NCBI GenBank assembly: GCA_951406725.2
Contig: OX597822.1
Coordinates: 102,238,001 to 102,302,000, forward strand
Length of the DNA: 64,000 nt
Source: Octopus vulgaris
Lineage: Eukaryota
Reading direction: 5' to 3'
Both the position numbers and the translations under genes were made by a program. Below, one piece after another: positions 12,640 through 26,301 of this stretch. The first letter of the stretch is position 1. Each line of letters opens with the position of its first letter. Below the pieces are notes generated by a model that was not told the DNA's origin, did no database searches, and saw nothing but the letters and a program-made list of their open reading frames with translations.

Positions 12640-13090
12640 AGGGACATCTTTCCAATAGGCGCTATAAATGCTCTGATGGCCTCCCGGAAGTTGTTGATGG
12701 CTTTTGTTATCAAGGTAACTTAATTAGCAGTAGTGACAGGTGCTCAGAAATCATTGCTGCCAATGTATGAGCAGAATGGGAGAAGTTCAAAATGCTATTA
12801 CTGTTAATGGCAGTAAAGGTTTCTTTTTTTCTTTTATTATACCAGAATGAAGGGCAAGTTGTATTATGCATGCATACAAAGTGTGATGTTGCATAATAGC
12901 AATGTGTAAATGTGGAGGATTTGCAAAGGCTGGGAAGAAATGAGGTGGTCATGCTCCATTGGATGGCCAATATTAATGTGCATAAATGAAATGAGAGAAA
13001 AGCTGGTCTGGTTGGTGTGCAAGAGAGTACATGTATGTGTGTCATTTGCATAAAGAAGTGAGCAGCACTCCAAGCAGATGGAACTTGTGA
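12640..13090 (+). mobile_element. Degraded RTE-clade LINE, ORF C-terminal region
   Basis: Decayed translation EVVDGFCY..LISS..CSE....W.KF..LL...KG.....KGKLY.AC.QSVMLH...VEDLQRL.RNE..MLHW, typical of the RTE post-RT region. Confidence 0.65.
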
Positions 13091-14545
13091 AAGAGGGATC
13101 AAAGAAGCCAGCAGACAGAGGAATGAAAGAAGCCAGCAGAAAGAGGGATCAAATAAGCCAGCAGACAGAGGAATGAAAGAAGCCAGCAGAAAGAGGGATC
13201 AAAGAAGCCAGCAGAAAGAGGGATCAAAGAAGCCAGCAGAAAGAGGGATCAAAGAAGCCAGCAGAAAGAGAGATCAAAGAAGCCAACAGAAAGAGGGATC
13301 AAAGAAGCCAACAGAAAGAGGGATCAAAGAAGCCAGCAGAAAGAGAGATCAAAGAAGCCAACAGAAAGAGGGATCAAAGAAGCCAGCAGAAAGAGGGATC
13401 AAAGAAGCCAGCAGAAAGAGGGATCAAAGAAGCCAGCAGAAAGAGGGATCAAAGAAGCCAACAGAAAGAGGGATCAAAGAAGCTAGCAGAAAGAGGGATC
13501 AAAGAAGCCAACAGAAAGAGGGATCAAAGAAGCCAGCAGAAAGAGGGATCAAAGAAGCCAGCAGAAAGAGGGATCAAAGAAGCCAGCAGAAAAAGGGATC
13601 AAAGAAGCCAACAGAAAGAGGGATCAAAGAAGCTAGCAGAAAAAGGGATCAAAGAAGCCAAGAGGGATCAAAGAAGCTAGCAGAAAAAGGGATCAAAGAA
13701 GCCAACAGAAAGAGGGATCAAAGAAGCCAGCAGAAAGAGGGATCAAAGAAGCCAGCAGAAAGAGGGATCAAAGAAGCCAACAGAAAGAGGGATCAAAGAA
13801 GCCAGCAGAAAAAGGGATCAAAGAAGCCAACAGAAAGAGGGATCAAAGAAGCCAGCAGAAAGAGGGATCAAAGAAGCCAACAGAAAGAGGGATCAAAGAA
13901 GCCAGCAGAAAAAGGGATCAAAGAAGCCAACAGAAAGAGGGATCAAAGAAGCCAGCAGAAAAAGGGATCAAAGAAGCCAACAGAAAGAGGGATCAAAGAA
14001 GCCAGCAGAAAGAGGGATCAAAGAAGCCAACAGAAAAGGGATCAAAGAATCCAGCAGAAAGAGGGATCAAAGAAGCCAGCAGAAAAAGGGATCAAAGAAG
14101 CCAGCAGAAAGAGGGATCGAAGAGCCAGCAGAAAGAGGGATCAAAGAAGCCAACAGAAAGAAGGATCAAAGAAGCCAGCAGAAAGAGGGATCAAAGAAGC
14201 CAGCAGAAAGAGGGATTGAAGAAGCCAGCAGAAAGAGGGATAAAAGAAGCCAGCAGAAAGAGGGATCAAAGAGCCAGCAGAAAGAGGGATCAAAGAAGCC
14301 AACAGAAAGAAGGATCAAAGAAGCCAGCAGAAAGAGGGATCAAAGAAGCCAGCAGAAAGAGAGATCAAAGAAGCCATGAGAAAGAGGGATCGAAGAAGCC
14401 AGCAGAAAGAGGGATCAATGAAGCCAACAGAGAGATCAAAGAAGCCAACAGAAAGAGGGATCAAAGAAGCCAGCAGAAAGAGGGATCAAAGAAACCAAGA
14501 GAAAGAGGGATCGAAGAAGCCAGCAGAAAGAGAGATCAAAGAAGT
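13090..14545. repeat. 25-bp minisatellite (AAAGAGGGATCAAAGAAGCCAGCAG), about 58 copies
   Basis: Period 25 read directly (units at 13201, 13226, 13251); accounts for the 348-aa and 128-aa repetitive ORFs. Confidence 0.95.
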
Positions 14546-14699
14546 GGAAAAGCATATGATGATTTGAATGGAGAAAGGAGGTCCCTCCTATCACTCTTAT
14601 AATACCACTTCTGCTGACTCTCTTAAATTTCTTCACCTCCAACCATCCTGTAGTTGTTTTAGTGCACATAGACTCTGACATCGTTTACCAAACTGAATT

Positions 14700-15330
14700 C
14701 ATGGATCAAGTGTAGACCAAGGTTGGGCGTGTGGCATGCAGAGTGCCATCAGGCACTCGTGCTTCTCTCCCAGTCGGGCAACGCTCGTGGCGGGGAGTAC
14801 TACCTTGTTCTTCTATAGAGGGTTAGTAGAGTTAAATGTGACGACGTCCTGGGTTTCGACAAAGATCAACTGGCCAGCCTGTTCCAAAGAACATTCGGAC
14901 CGGGGCAATGTTACAGAGGAGCTTTACCGGTTCAAGATAAGCTCTTTAGACATGGGTGTGCGCCTTCGCCAGTTTGCGCAAGATGCGGGCGGGACAGTGA
15001 CACTGTCCTGCACGTGATTGTGCAATGCTCCAAGGTGACTGAACTCTGGGCTTATGTCGAACACCTGCTGTCGCATTCGAGAAGAGTACAACTGTCGAAC
15101 GAATCTGTAATTAAGATCATTCCGCCGACCTCCCTGAGTAGGGAGGAGCAAGCCTCTTTTCTCTCGGTAGTTACTGTTCAAAAGAGGTAGTGAAAGACGA
15201 GAGTGAAAGGAATTGCAACAGGCATGTTCATCTCCAGTCTCGAGCTAATCGACTTTTTCGTTTTCCACATGAAACAAAGTATGTTGCGAGTGAAAGAACC
15301 TGTTTAAACGAGAATATAAAAAAGGAGAAA
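14700..15330 (+). mobile_element. Degraded L1/Tx1-type LINE ORF2 3' end
   Basis: CARCGRDSDTVLHVIVQCSKVTELWAYVEHLL (CCHC zinc-binding motif) at about 14974-15070; FYRGLVE upstream; frameshifted. Confidence 0.65.
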
Positions 15331-15543
15331 GCAAAGTCTTCAGAGTGAGTATGTGGCTTGTGGGGGTCGACCTCATCCTCCGCTTCATTTTTTGTAAATC
15401 ATTCATTCTCATTTAATTGTATATATTTTAATTGTTTGTTTATTTATACGGTTCATCTCATTCGAACCCTGACCCCCAATGTTTGTTTTGTCTGTCCTCA
15501 TATCGTCCCTTCTTTTTCTCAACTTTATGGTGAATAAAGAAAT

Positions 15544-15607
<64 letters not shown>

Positions 15608-16546
15608 ATTGTCCTCACTCATATCATCTTTTTGCTCTGGTTCTCACTTGCATCATTCTCTTCTGTTACTCTCTCGATCATGTTGTCTGTCTTTACTCAA
15701 CCCTCACCAAACATCCATCATGCTGCTGTCTCTTACCCCATCACTCCTACTACTCCGGCTTTCCTCTGTCACTCTGTCTTCTATCAACTTCTTGCCTATA
15801 CCTACACTCCCCCTCCCACTCATTGTGTGAAACAAAGGACGAATGAAAGAGATAGTGCAGGGGACAGGAGATCCTGTTTAAACAAGTTGGGGACAAAACA
15901 TACAGCTAAATGGGACATGTACAATAAATGCTAAAATCAATATATCTAACTAAATAATAGCTACTCAATAGATGTTACTATTTACATAGCTAAATTAAAT
16001 GTCTACATTGGATTGTACAATTCACATAGTTAAATGAGTTAACACAAAAGTTCATACAGCTGAGATATCTATAATAGATACTGCTAAATGAGAATTGCCA
16101 TACAACTTGTATTAACTAACGTGACATTCATAATGTAAGACTTTCTTGTGAAATTACAGCCTTTTCTCTGCAAATGAGGTGCAGGAGAAAAGAAAAAATG
16201 CTAGTAGAACAAGCTAAAATATTTTAGTAACATTAAGACGAGTGAAAACAGTTTATTTTAGTTGGCTATGAAAATGATATCTTCAAGAATAGTGACCTCC
16301 TATCATGATACATCATTGCAGTCGATTTCTGAAGGTTTTTTTATCACTAAGCAGTATAAATGTGTGTGTGTGCATGCGTGTGTGTGTGTGTATATATATA
16401 TATATATGGTATTATAAGTTCAGAAAAATTTAGATTCAGATGAATATGGTACTTAAGTTAAAGGCACCAGGAGTTTGTATGGTATTATTCATATAAATCA
16501 AATGGGGTGATTATAATCAAAATAAGCAACAAGTATATCCGAGGTA

Positions 16547-16634
16547 ATGTGGTACGATCGTTTCAAGCTACTTCATTTTATTAAGCACTAAGTATTACAT
16601 CAGTTTTAAAATGTCGAGCAATCATCAGCCACAT
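16547..16634 (-). ncRNA. Hammerhead ribozyme motif
   Basis: Minus strand: AUGUGG-CUGAUGA-...-GAAAC-GAUC-GUA-CCACAU; 6-bp stem I, palindromic stem III ACGAUCGU; base of stem II imperfect. Confidence 0.7.
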
Positions 16635-16774
16635 ATAAAATTTTCCAATTAAAGGGACAATGCACATTCTTATCCCTATTTCATTTGCCAACATTATAAA
16701 GAGGGTAGATATATAGACAGAGAGGCTAATTTCATTCTTAAGAACCTGAAAGTAGTATGTTCATTCTCCATCTG

Positions 16775-16817
<43 letters not shown>

Positions 16818-16856
16818 TATATATATACATTATATATATATATTATATATATATAT

Positions 16857-16993
<137 letters not shown>

Positions 16994-16998
16994 ATATA

Positions 16999-17116
<118 letters not shown>

Positions 17117-17139
17117 AAAAAAAATTAAAAAAAAAAAAA

Positions 17140-17865
17140 ACCATCCGAGCGTGGTCGTCTGCTAGCCTTGTCTGGCACCTGTGTCGGTGGCACATAAAAA
17201 CACCATCCGAGCGTGGCCGTTCGCCAGCCTCGTCTGGCACCTGTGTCGGTGGCACATAAAAAAAAAACACCATCCGAGCGTGGTCGTCTGCTAGCCTTGT
17301 CTGGCACCTGTGTCGGTGGCACATAAAAACACCATCCGAGCGTGGCCGTTCGCCAGCCTCGTCTGGCACCTGTGTCGGTGGCACATAAAAACACCATCCG
17401 AGCGTGGCCGTTCGCCAGCCTCGTCTGGCACCTGTGTCGGTGGCACATAAAAACACCATCCGAGCGTGGCCGTTCGCCAGCCTCGTCTGGCACCTGTGTC
17501 GGTGGCACATAAAAACACCATCCGAGCATGGCCGTTCGCCAGCCTCGTCTGGCACCTGTGTCGGTGGCACATAAAAAACACCATCCGAGCGTGGTCGTCT
17601 GCCAGCCTTGTCTGGCACCTGTGTCGGTGGCACATAAAAACACCATCCGAGCGTGGCCGTTCGCCAGCCTCGTCTGGCACCTGTGTCGGTGGCACATAAA
17701 ATCACCCACTACACTCTCGGAGTGGTTGGCGTTAGGAAGGGCATCCAGCTGTAGAAACACTGCCAGATCTGACTGGCCTGGTGCAGCCTTCGGGCTCCCC
17801 AGACACCAGTTGAACCGTCCAACCCATGCTAGCATGGAAAGCGGACGTTAAATGATGATGATGAT
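17140..17865 (+). mobile_element. SINE family C copy with about 9 tandem 62-bp units
   Basis: Unit CACCATCCGAGCGTGGCCGTTCGCCAGCCTCGTCTGGCACCTGTGTCGGTGGCACATAAAAA (period 62, e.g. 17341/17403), then the family C 3' end. Confidence 0.9.
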
Positions 17866-17868
17866 ATA

Positions 17869-17915
<47 letters not shown>

Positions 17916-18010
17916 ATATATATTTTTTTATATATATATATATATTTATTTATTTTTTTATATTTTTTTATATATATTTTTTTATATATTTATTTTTATA
18001 TTTTATTTTT

Positions 18011-18191
<181 letters not shown>

Positions 18192-18213
18192 TTTTAATAT
18201 ATATATATAATAT

Positions 18214-18261
<48 letters not shown>

Positions 18262-18299
18262 TATATATATATATATATATATTTTTATATATATATATT

Positions 18300-18628
<329 letters not shown>

Positions 18629-18954
18629 CAGACGGAGAATGAACATACTACTTTCAGGTTCTTAAGAATGAAATTAGCCTCTCTGTCTATATATCTACCC
18701 TCTTTATAATGTTGGCAAATGAAATAGGGATAAGAATGTGCATTGTCCCTTTAATTGGAAAATTTAATTGGAAAATTTAATTGGAAAATATATATATTAT
18801 ATATATAGTTAAGTAATTGAGATTCTAGTGAATTCCAAAGAATTCACATGAATATGGTCCTTAACTAGGATGCACCGGATATCTATATGGTGTTAGCCAT
18901 ACGACAAGTGGGGTGATTATAAATAGGAAAAAAGCAACAAGAATGGATTAAAAT

Positions 18955-19039
18955 CTCGGTACGATCGTTTCGTACGAGGACATCTTTAATAAGCTACAAA
19001 AATGCAGTGAATACAGATGGCTCGTACTCGTCAGCCGAA
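18955..19039 (-). ncRNA. Hammerhead ribozyme motif (well formed)
   Basis: Minus strand: UCGG-CUGACGA-GUACGAG...CUCGUAC-GAAAC-GAUC-GUA-CCGA; perfect 7-bp stem II base, palindromic stem III. Confidence 0.8.
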
Positions 19040-19740
19040 AAAATATCAGAGAATTCCCAAACATCAAAAGGGGTAGATATAAAAGAGGTTGTAGGATTAA
19101 CTGCATTGAAGAAAGTTCGATTCATGGAGATCTGATGAAAGGTTTTAAACCTATAGAATTTATGCATGTCTACATATAGCTCATATTGGATATTTGATCA
19201 AGTTGTATGAAGAAATTTTCGGATACAGTCATGCAAAATTTCTGAAAATCCGAGTAAGAGGCAAAGTGACTGCCACACCATGTAGAGGAAAGTCTGAGTA
19301 AAAGCATAGTGACTGTCATGTCGTGTAGAAGAACAGATTGTTATTGAAATTAACAAGAATCGCAGATAAGTTCGATTTTTTTGGAGATCTGATGAAAAAG
19401 TCTTGAACTTACAAAATTTGTGTATGTCCTTATAATTCGTAATCCAGTTTTGTGGAGGGATTTAAGGTACAATCATGCGAAAATATCAGGGAGTCCGAAT
19501 GAGAAGCAAAAATGACAGCCTTATATTGTAGTGGTTCAGGTCGTTAATGAAATATTCAAGAATCACAGAAAGAGGAGGAGGGGGTAGGAATTTAATCAGT
19601 TACTGCTATTTAAGCTGTCAAAGAGAAAGGAAAGGGGAAGCTAAGGGGATGGGCTCAATTTGATACTAACAAAAAAGTCTAAGTTTGTTTGGAACAGATT
19701 CGAACTGAGGTAAACAATTTATTTCTTTATTCATAAATGT

Positions 19741-19801
<61 letters not shown>

Positions 19802-19815
19802 ATATATTATATATA

Positions 19816-20015
<200 letters not shown>

Positions 20016-20148
20016 ATACGTAAATATTAGAGAGTCAACTCTAGTGCTAGAAATAGGTCCGATCGGTAAAAGTCGCCGACGATAAATCCACATAGAAATA
20101 GCACCACAATCAACGCTATGAAATTAAATTACTACTAAATAATGGATT

Positions 20149-20225
20149 AATGTTGTACAATTGTTTCTTCATTAACAACATGCAGATTATACTTACATAA
20201 TTGTCTATGATTCATCAGCAACATT
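20149..20225 (-). ncRNA. Hammerhead ribozyme motif, copy 1 of tandem pair
   Basis: Minus strand: AAUGUUG-CUGAUGA-AUCAU...AUGAA-GAAAC-AAUU-GUA-CAACAUU; 7-bp stem I. Confidence 0.7.
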
Positions 20226-20632
20226 TGTCAATATAATTGATCAGACCCTTACAAGCGACGATTCTCATACGGTCCGATCAATTACATTCTGTTGTAGTTA
20301 CAAATTTCCCGCCGAAAGTAAATGCTAAGTGGAAGTAAATACCGCATGTAATATTTACTGCAGCATATCAAATCAATACATTAAATAATGAGGGTGAATA
20401 AAATTATAGATATTAATTCAATAATACCCTTATTTTAACACCAAGCGACCTAGCACAAAAAACCGGGGACACAAATTCATATTTATCCGTAAATATTAGA
20501 GAGCCAACTTTGAATATGTTAACTCTAGTGCTAGAAATAGGTCCGATCGGTAAAAGTCGCCGACGATAAATCCACATAGAAATAGCACCACAATCAACGC
20601 TATGAAATTAAATTACTACTAAATAATGGATT

Positions 20633-20709
20633 AATGTTGTACAATTGTTTCTTCATTAACAAAATGCAGATTATACTTACATAATTGTCTATGATTCATC
20701 AGCAACATT
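20633..20709 (-). ncRNA. Hammerhead ribozyme motif, copy 2 of tandem pair
   Basis: Near-identical to 20149-20225, 484 bp away, in a partial direct repeat (about 20017-20297 / 20488-20780). Confidence 0.7.
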
Positions 20710-20800
20710 TGTCAATATAATTGATCAGACCCTTACAAGCGACGATTCTCATATGGTCCGATCAATTACATTCTGTTGTAAGGGTCTGATCAATTATATT

Positions 20801-21600
20801 GCTCCCTCACTCCCCTTCTCTCTCCCCCTCCTCTTCTCCCCCTCCCCCTCTTCTCCTCTCTCCACACTACACCACACGACTTTACACATCACATCATATA
20901 TGATGTGCCATACTAATACATACACCAACTAATACATACTAATACGTACTAATACATACTAATACATACTAATACATACACCAACCCTATACATACACAC
21001 GTCCAGACCTCTCATACGCACTTATACTCTCTCATACACACACACACACACACACCCTTATACATACTAATACGTACTAATACATACTAATACATACACC
21101 AACCCTATACATACACACGTCCAGACTTCTCATACGCACTAATACTCTCTCATACACACACACACACACACACACACACCCTTATACATACTAATACATA
21201 CTAATACATACACCAACCCTATACATACACACGTCCAGACCTCTCATATGCACTAATACTCTCTCATACACACACACACACCCTTATGTTGGAGCTGGTC
21301 ATTCAACCCTATTATCAACCCTATTATCTCCCCTAATTTCGCTCTCGCGTCTCATGTTTGATCTTTGACTTCTGGCCGAAATCAGATCGCCATGTTGATT
21401 CGTTAGTTACTGCACGCATTTTTTTTCTCTCCTTCTTTCTGTGTTTTTTTTTCTCTCTGTGTATCTTTCTGTTGAAGAGCGTAGGCTCGAAACGTTAAAG
21501 ACTTGTTTTATTTATATTTCCTGAGCGCCATACTAATACAATTGTTTGTTTGTTTTCCACCTGCCTTCGTCTTTTGTCTATTTTCATAAAGCTTCCCGTT
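20801..21600 (+). mobile_element. Solo pseudo-LTR (5'-truncated copy) of the Neptune-type PLE
   Basis: Reverse complement of 52721-53500 with variation in CA/TAC tracts; ends AAGCTTCCCGTT + (TA)n; hammerhead at 21465-21500. Confidence 0.85.
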
Positions 21601-21682
21601 ATATATATATTATATATATATATATATTATATATATATATTATATATATATATATAATATATATATATATTTTATATATATA

Positions 21683-21736
<54 letters not shown>

Positions 21737-21749
21737 ATATATATATTAC

Positions 21750-21837
<88 letters not shown>

Positions 21838-21843
21838 ATATAT

Positions 21844-22809
21844 TGTTACGAGGGGACCTCCGTCGAACGAAAGCTGTTACGGAATCCCTCACACAGGCCC
21901 GTTCGATGAGCGAATGTTCGCCACGGAAACTTGGAGAGGAGAGAGAGACAACGACAACAACTACAACAGCAGCCGCAAGAAGAAGAGACACAGAGGCAAT
22001 CGAGAGAGACACAAAGAGGGCAATTGGCTACGTTTAACAACTAGTTTATATGACTATTAATTGTTACAACATCAAATACATATCAGATACATTTAAAAGA
22101 GGACATGCAAGTAACAACTCAATACATCATACAGGTATACCACAGATCAAAGCATTTAAACTGTCCGGTAACAACACATCAAATTCAATAACAACAGCAT
22201 TTCAAGAGTACACGTCCGGAGACAACAGTTCTGTTTCAAATCACATTAAAGTTATAGTTCAAAGGACATTAAAGGCCTGTACAGTTCAATATTCTTTACA
22301 CAGTTCTCTCTTCAACAACTCTGTACACAATGTCTTTACACAGTTCACATTGTTCTTTTTTTACTGTCCTATTTCTTTTCAACATTTCAATACATCGATT
22401 CTTTTTCTTCACATATCAATACACAATTCACGTACCTTAGTTCCTACAATAATAGCCAATGTCTCACATTGTACCTCATCTCTCTCAGCACCGCTAACTC
22501 CAACTTGCTAAACGCTTGCCTTGAATTCCAAATCCTGGCCGCTAAATCCAACTTGCCAACCGCTTGCCCTGAATTCCAAATACCGACTGTCTCTCAATCT
22601 CTCCGGCCGGAACTGATCTACAGACTCCCAGCTCCTTTTTATAAGGTAGTTTCTCTGACCCTTTCTTGACCAGCAAAAGGGTAGGGGTCCCTCCAAAAGC
22701 CATCACTCTTCCGTAAACAAAGGACTATAACTTTGTACGGTAGACTTTCAGACTCCACCCCCAACAAAGTAGGTCAAGAAGTACTGCACCAGCCGAACCA
22801 TTCACAACA
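21844..22809. mobile_element. Solo LTR (~0.97 kb) in (TA)n, related to 4641-5683, opposite orientation
   Basis: TGTT...AACA termini, ATAT flanks. The first ~350 bp align by eye to the reverse complement of 5330-5683. Confidence 0.7.
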
Positions 22810-22872
22810 ATATATATATATAGATTATATTATATGTATATATATATATATTATATATATATATATATATAT

Positions 22873-24600
22873 ACTAGCATTATGACCCGTCGTTGCCGTG
22901 TCATAGTGCTAGTGCATGTATATATATGTGTACATATTACATGTACATCTATATATATACATCTACACATAAAATACAAAATACAAAGTTATATCTTGAT
23001 ATCGCTAGTGATAACAATACTCAAAATATATAACAGACCGGAATTGTAGGCCCGTCTCTTGCAATTTCGATCAATTGTGTCTTGTCCTCCCTCTTGTATA
23101 GAAGTGTGGCTACAATCCAGCCTACCTCTACTTCTGGGGGGACATTTTTAACTTTTATCCGGGACGTCCTACGTCCCAGATATAAAGGTAAAAATAAAAT
23201 ATTTTCACTTTGCAAGGTTCGAGTCAAGTACTCCCTTGCACGCTCCGTTGACTCGAACCTTGCTGCTATTGTGGAGAATTTACCGCCTCTGGTTAGATAT
23301 ATTTCATAGTCGCACCATGACACTTTTCGATGGTGCTTTCCTCCAGATGTTCAAATCTTTTTTTTTTCTCTACATTGTATACTTTATAGACAATAGTCTT
23401 TTCTTTAATTTAATTTTTTATTTCGTTTGGTGGTGTTATCCTAGATTCACCGTCTTTGTCGGTGATCAATCCGAAATAGGTTTGTATTTCTTCCATTTTA
23501 ATTTTAATGAGTTCGCGCCCGCCGACGGTTGCAGCGAAATTCATTTTTGGACTTTCTTCTATCGAAGGCATTTTAACAAAAATGCTTCCGTGTAAACGGT
23601 GAAAATATTGTCAATTTCCCCAAACAGGGACACAATTCAAGTTTTAAATAATAACCAAAGCTCCGTCTCCCAAAGGAGGAGGGTTACAGTTTACAATTAT
23701 TTAACAAATGCAACACAACATTTCTCTTACGAGGAACCAACAAACGTGATAACAATAGTTAAACAGTAATAATAATAACAACAAACCTTACGGTGAATCA
23801 AAAAGCAGTACGCAGTTGAAGCTATAGTCCTTTATGTATAAGAAATAAACCAACAGCAGTACTCAGTAAAAGCGGCTGTTCGAGAAAATAGACATTACAT
23901 ACAGCCAAACTTCATATAGATACTTAATGCTAGCTAATTAGCAGATAATCTAATGTAAAATCCGTGGTAAACGGTATGTGCACAGCTCCATCTGGACTAT
24001 TCCATTTCTGCACGCTAATTTTATTTTTCATTTATTCCCATTCATGTGAAACCACTTATTCAAGTTCAAGTCATTGATGCAATTTTATACCAATTGCTAT
24101 TTTTACTTTTGTTACGTTATGATTATATTATACTTTAGTTTGATTTTAATTATTACTTACTACGTATAATTCAATTGTTATTATTATCTATAATTTTTAT
24201 TGTTAAAGTGAATGTATCTGACATAAAATAGAGAAATGTTTTTGTTTCACTTTTAACACGTAATACTGAAATAGTGGAGAAGATATGATATTGCTATGGG
24301 CTCGCCCTAGGCAAGAGGTTGAACATTTTTTTTTGCCCATGAAACTACACGGACCCTAAGTAAGGCATGTGTAAAATTTGAATGAAATTGGTTGTGTAGT
24401 TCTCAAGTTTTAGGGAATCATAGTGGAGAAGATATGATATTGGTGTGGGCTCGCCCTAGGCAAAAAATTTTGCCGATGACACTCCCTGGACCCCAAGTAA
24501 AGCATGTGTAAAATTTGAATGAAATTGGTTGTGTAGTTCTCGAATATTAGGGAAACACACAGACAGAGAGACAGACACACATTCTCAGTTTTATGTATAT
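22873..24600 (+). mobile_element. Helentron/HINE-like non-autonomous element carrying a LINE ORF1 fragment
   Basis: Starts with an ACTAGC...GCTAGT hairpin (22873-22913); duplicated AAAATTTGAATGAAATTGG block (24268-24550); ends with a GACA tract + TATAT. Family assignment inferred from terminal architecture. Confidence 0.45.
23021..23340 (-). pseudogene. LINE (L1/Tx1-like) ORF1 fragment
   Basis: FLPLYLGRRTSRIKVKNVPPEV is homologous to LLPTYLGRRTFKINVGDIPPEV in 49732-50313. Confidence 0.55.
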
Positions 24601-24988
24601 ATATCGTGGCCGTTGCCAGCGCCGCCCCGACTAACCTCCGTGCCGGTGGCACGTAAAAAGCACCATCTGTTCGTGGCCGTTGCCAGCTTCGCCTGGCCCC
24701 CGTGCCGGTGGCACGTAAAAAGCACCATCCGTCCGTGGCCGTTTGCCAGCTCCGTCTGGCACCTGTGCGGGTGGCACTTAAAAAGCACCCACTAAAACTC
24801 AAGGAGTGGTTGGCGTTAGGTAGGGCATCCAGCCGTAGAAACACTGCCAGATCAGACTGGGCCCGATGCAGCCTTCTGGCTTCACAGACCCCAGTTGAAC
24901 CGTCCAACCCATGCTAGCATGGAAAGCGGACGCTAAATGATGATGATGATGATGATGATGATATATATGTATATATATATATATATAT

Positions 24989-25750
24989 ACTAGCAGCATA
25001 GCCCGGCGTTGCCTGGGTATATAAGAAACTTTGTCGATAAGCAATGCCCTTTACCTTTTTACCCTTTTTTGTACTCATTGAACCGTTATTTTGTAAAATG
25101 AAGCCTAAAAGGCATTAAGGCATTCAAGGTATGGATGAAGAAGTAGGGAAAATCTATGTGAACTTTCAAAAAATATCGCAGAAAAATCAGTTTGCTATGT
25201 GTGCCACATATGATGTAATTAACCGATTTTTTCCAGTAATAATGTATCCTATTGGAATCAAAAGGGCCATATAGCTTCTTGGAGCAGACATGATGCTCGC
25301 TGTGAATTTCCAAAAAACTTCCTGCCAATTTGTAAAAGATATTGTCGAAAATATGTCATCTTGAATTTGAACGCGATTTCCCAAAATGGCATGATTTTAT
25401 CGATTTTTTGTGATGGTAAGGTATTGCATGGAAAACTAACGTCAGAATTAAGTTCCTTAGGGTAACATTAAGCTTCACCATGAGTTTGGTGAAAATCGTT
25501 TGCAAGTTGCGAAAACTACAACGGAAAAGTGTTGCATATGATAAGCTTAGATTCTCGACCCCATGTCGAATTTATCAATTTTTTTCAGAACTGAGGGAAC
25601 TTTTCAAAATTTTCGCTGCGTTAGTTTTGAATTATGACATTGGGCTATGTGTGTGTCAAGTTTCATCAGAATCGGTTGAAAGCCGTGGTCAGGGTGAGGG
25701 TACAACCTGACCGACACACAGACAGACAAACTGCCTTATATATATATAGA
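24989..25750 (+). mobile_element. Helentron/HINE-like non-autonomous element
   Basis: ACTAGC..GCCCGGCGTTGCCTGGGT subterminal hairpin, AAGTTTCATCAGAATCGG motif, (GACA)n and TATATAGA end. Confidence 0.5.
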
Positions 25751-25771
25751 TATATATATGTATGTATGTAT

Positions 25772-25994
25772 CTCTCTTACTCTCTTACTTGTTTCAGTCA
25801 TTTGACTGTGGCCATGCTGGAGCACCGCCTTTAGTCAAGCACATCGACCCCAGGACTTATTCTTTGTAAGCCTAGTACTTATACTATCGGTCTCTTTTGC
25901 CGAACCGCTAAGTTACGGGGACGCAAACACACCAGCATCAGTTGTCAAGCGATATTGGGGTGGGGGGGGGACAAACACAGACACACAAACATAT

Positions 25995-26072
<78 letters not shown>

Positions 26073-26301
26073 TTATATATATACACACACATATATATAC
26101 ATATATACATACGTATATATATATATATATACATATATACAACAGGCTCTCAGTTTCCGCCCACCAAATCCACCCACAAGGCCCCGGTTGGCCCAAGGCT
26201 ACAGCAGAATACACTTGCCCAAGATGTCACGGAGTGGGACTGAACCCGGACCATGTAGTTCATAAGCAAGATATTTAGCACACAGCCACTCCTACGCCTA
26301 T
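25772..26301 (-). mobile_element. SINE family A, full length
   Basis: Reverse complement matches 61266-61672, with an expanded internal TA/CA tract. Confidence 0.85.

Noticed and set aside
13173-14602. 348-aa and 128-aa K/E/R-rich ORFs
   Set aside because: Translations of a stop-free 25-bp minisatellite (three units = 25 codons); no splice or homology support.
17140-17700. CRISPR-like array of 62-bp repeats
   Set aside because: Units are contiguous with no unique spacers and no cas genes; they are the internal module of a SINE.
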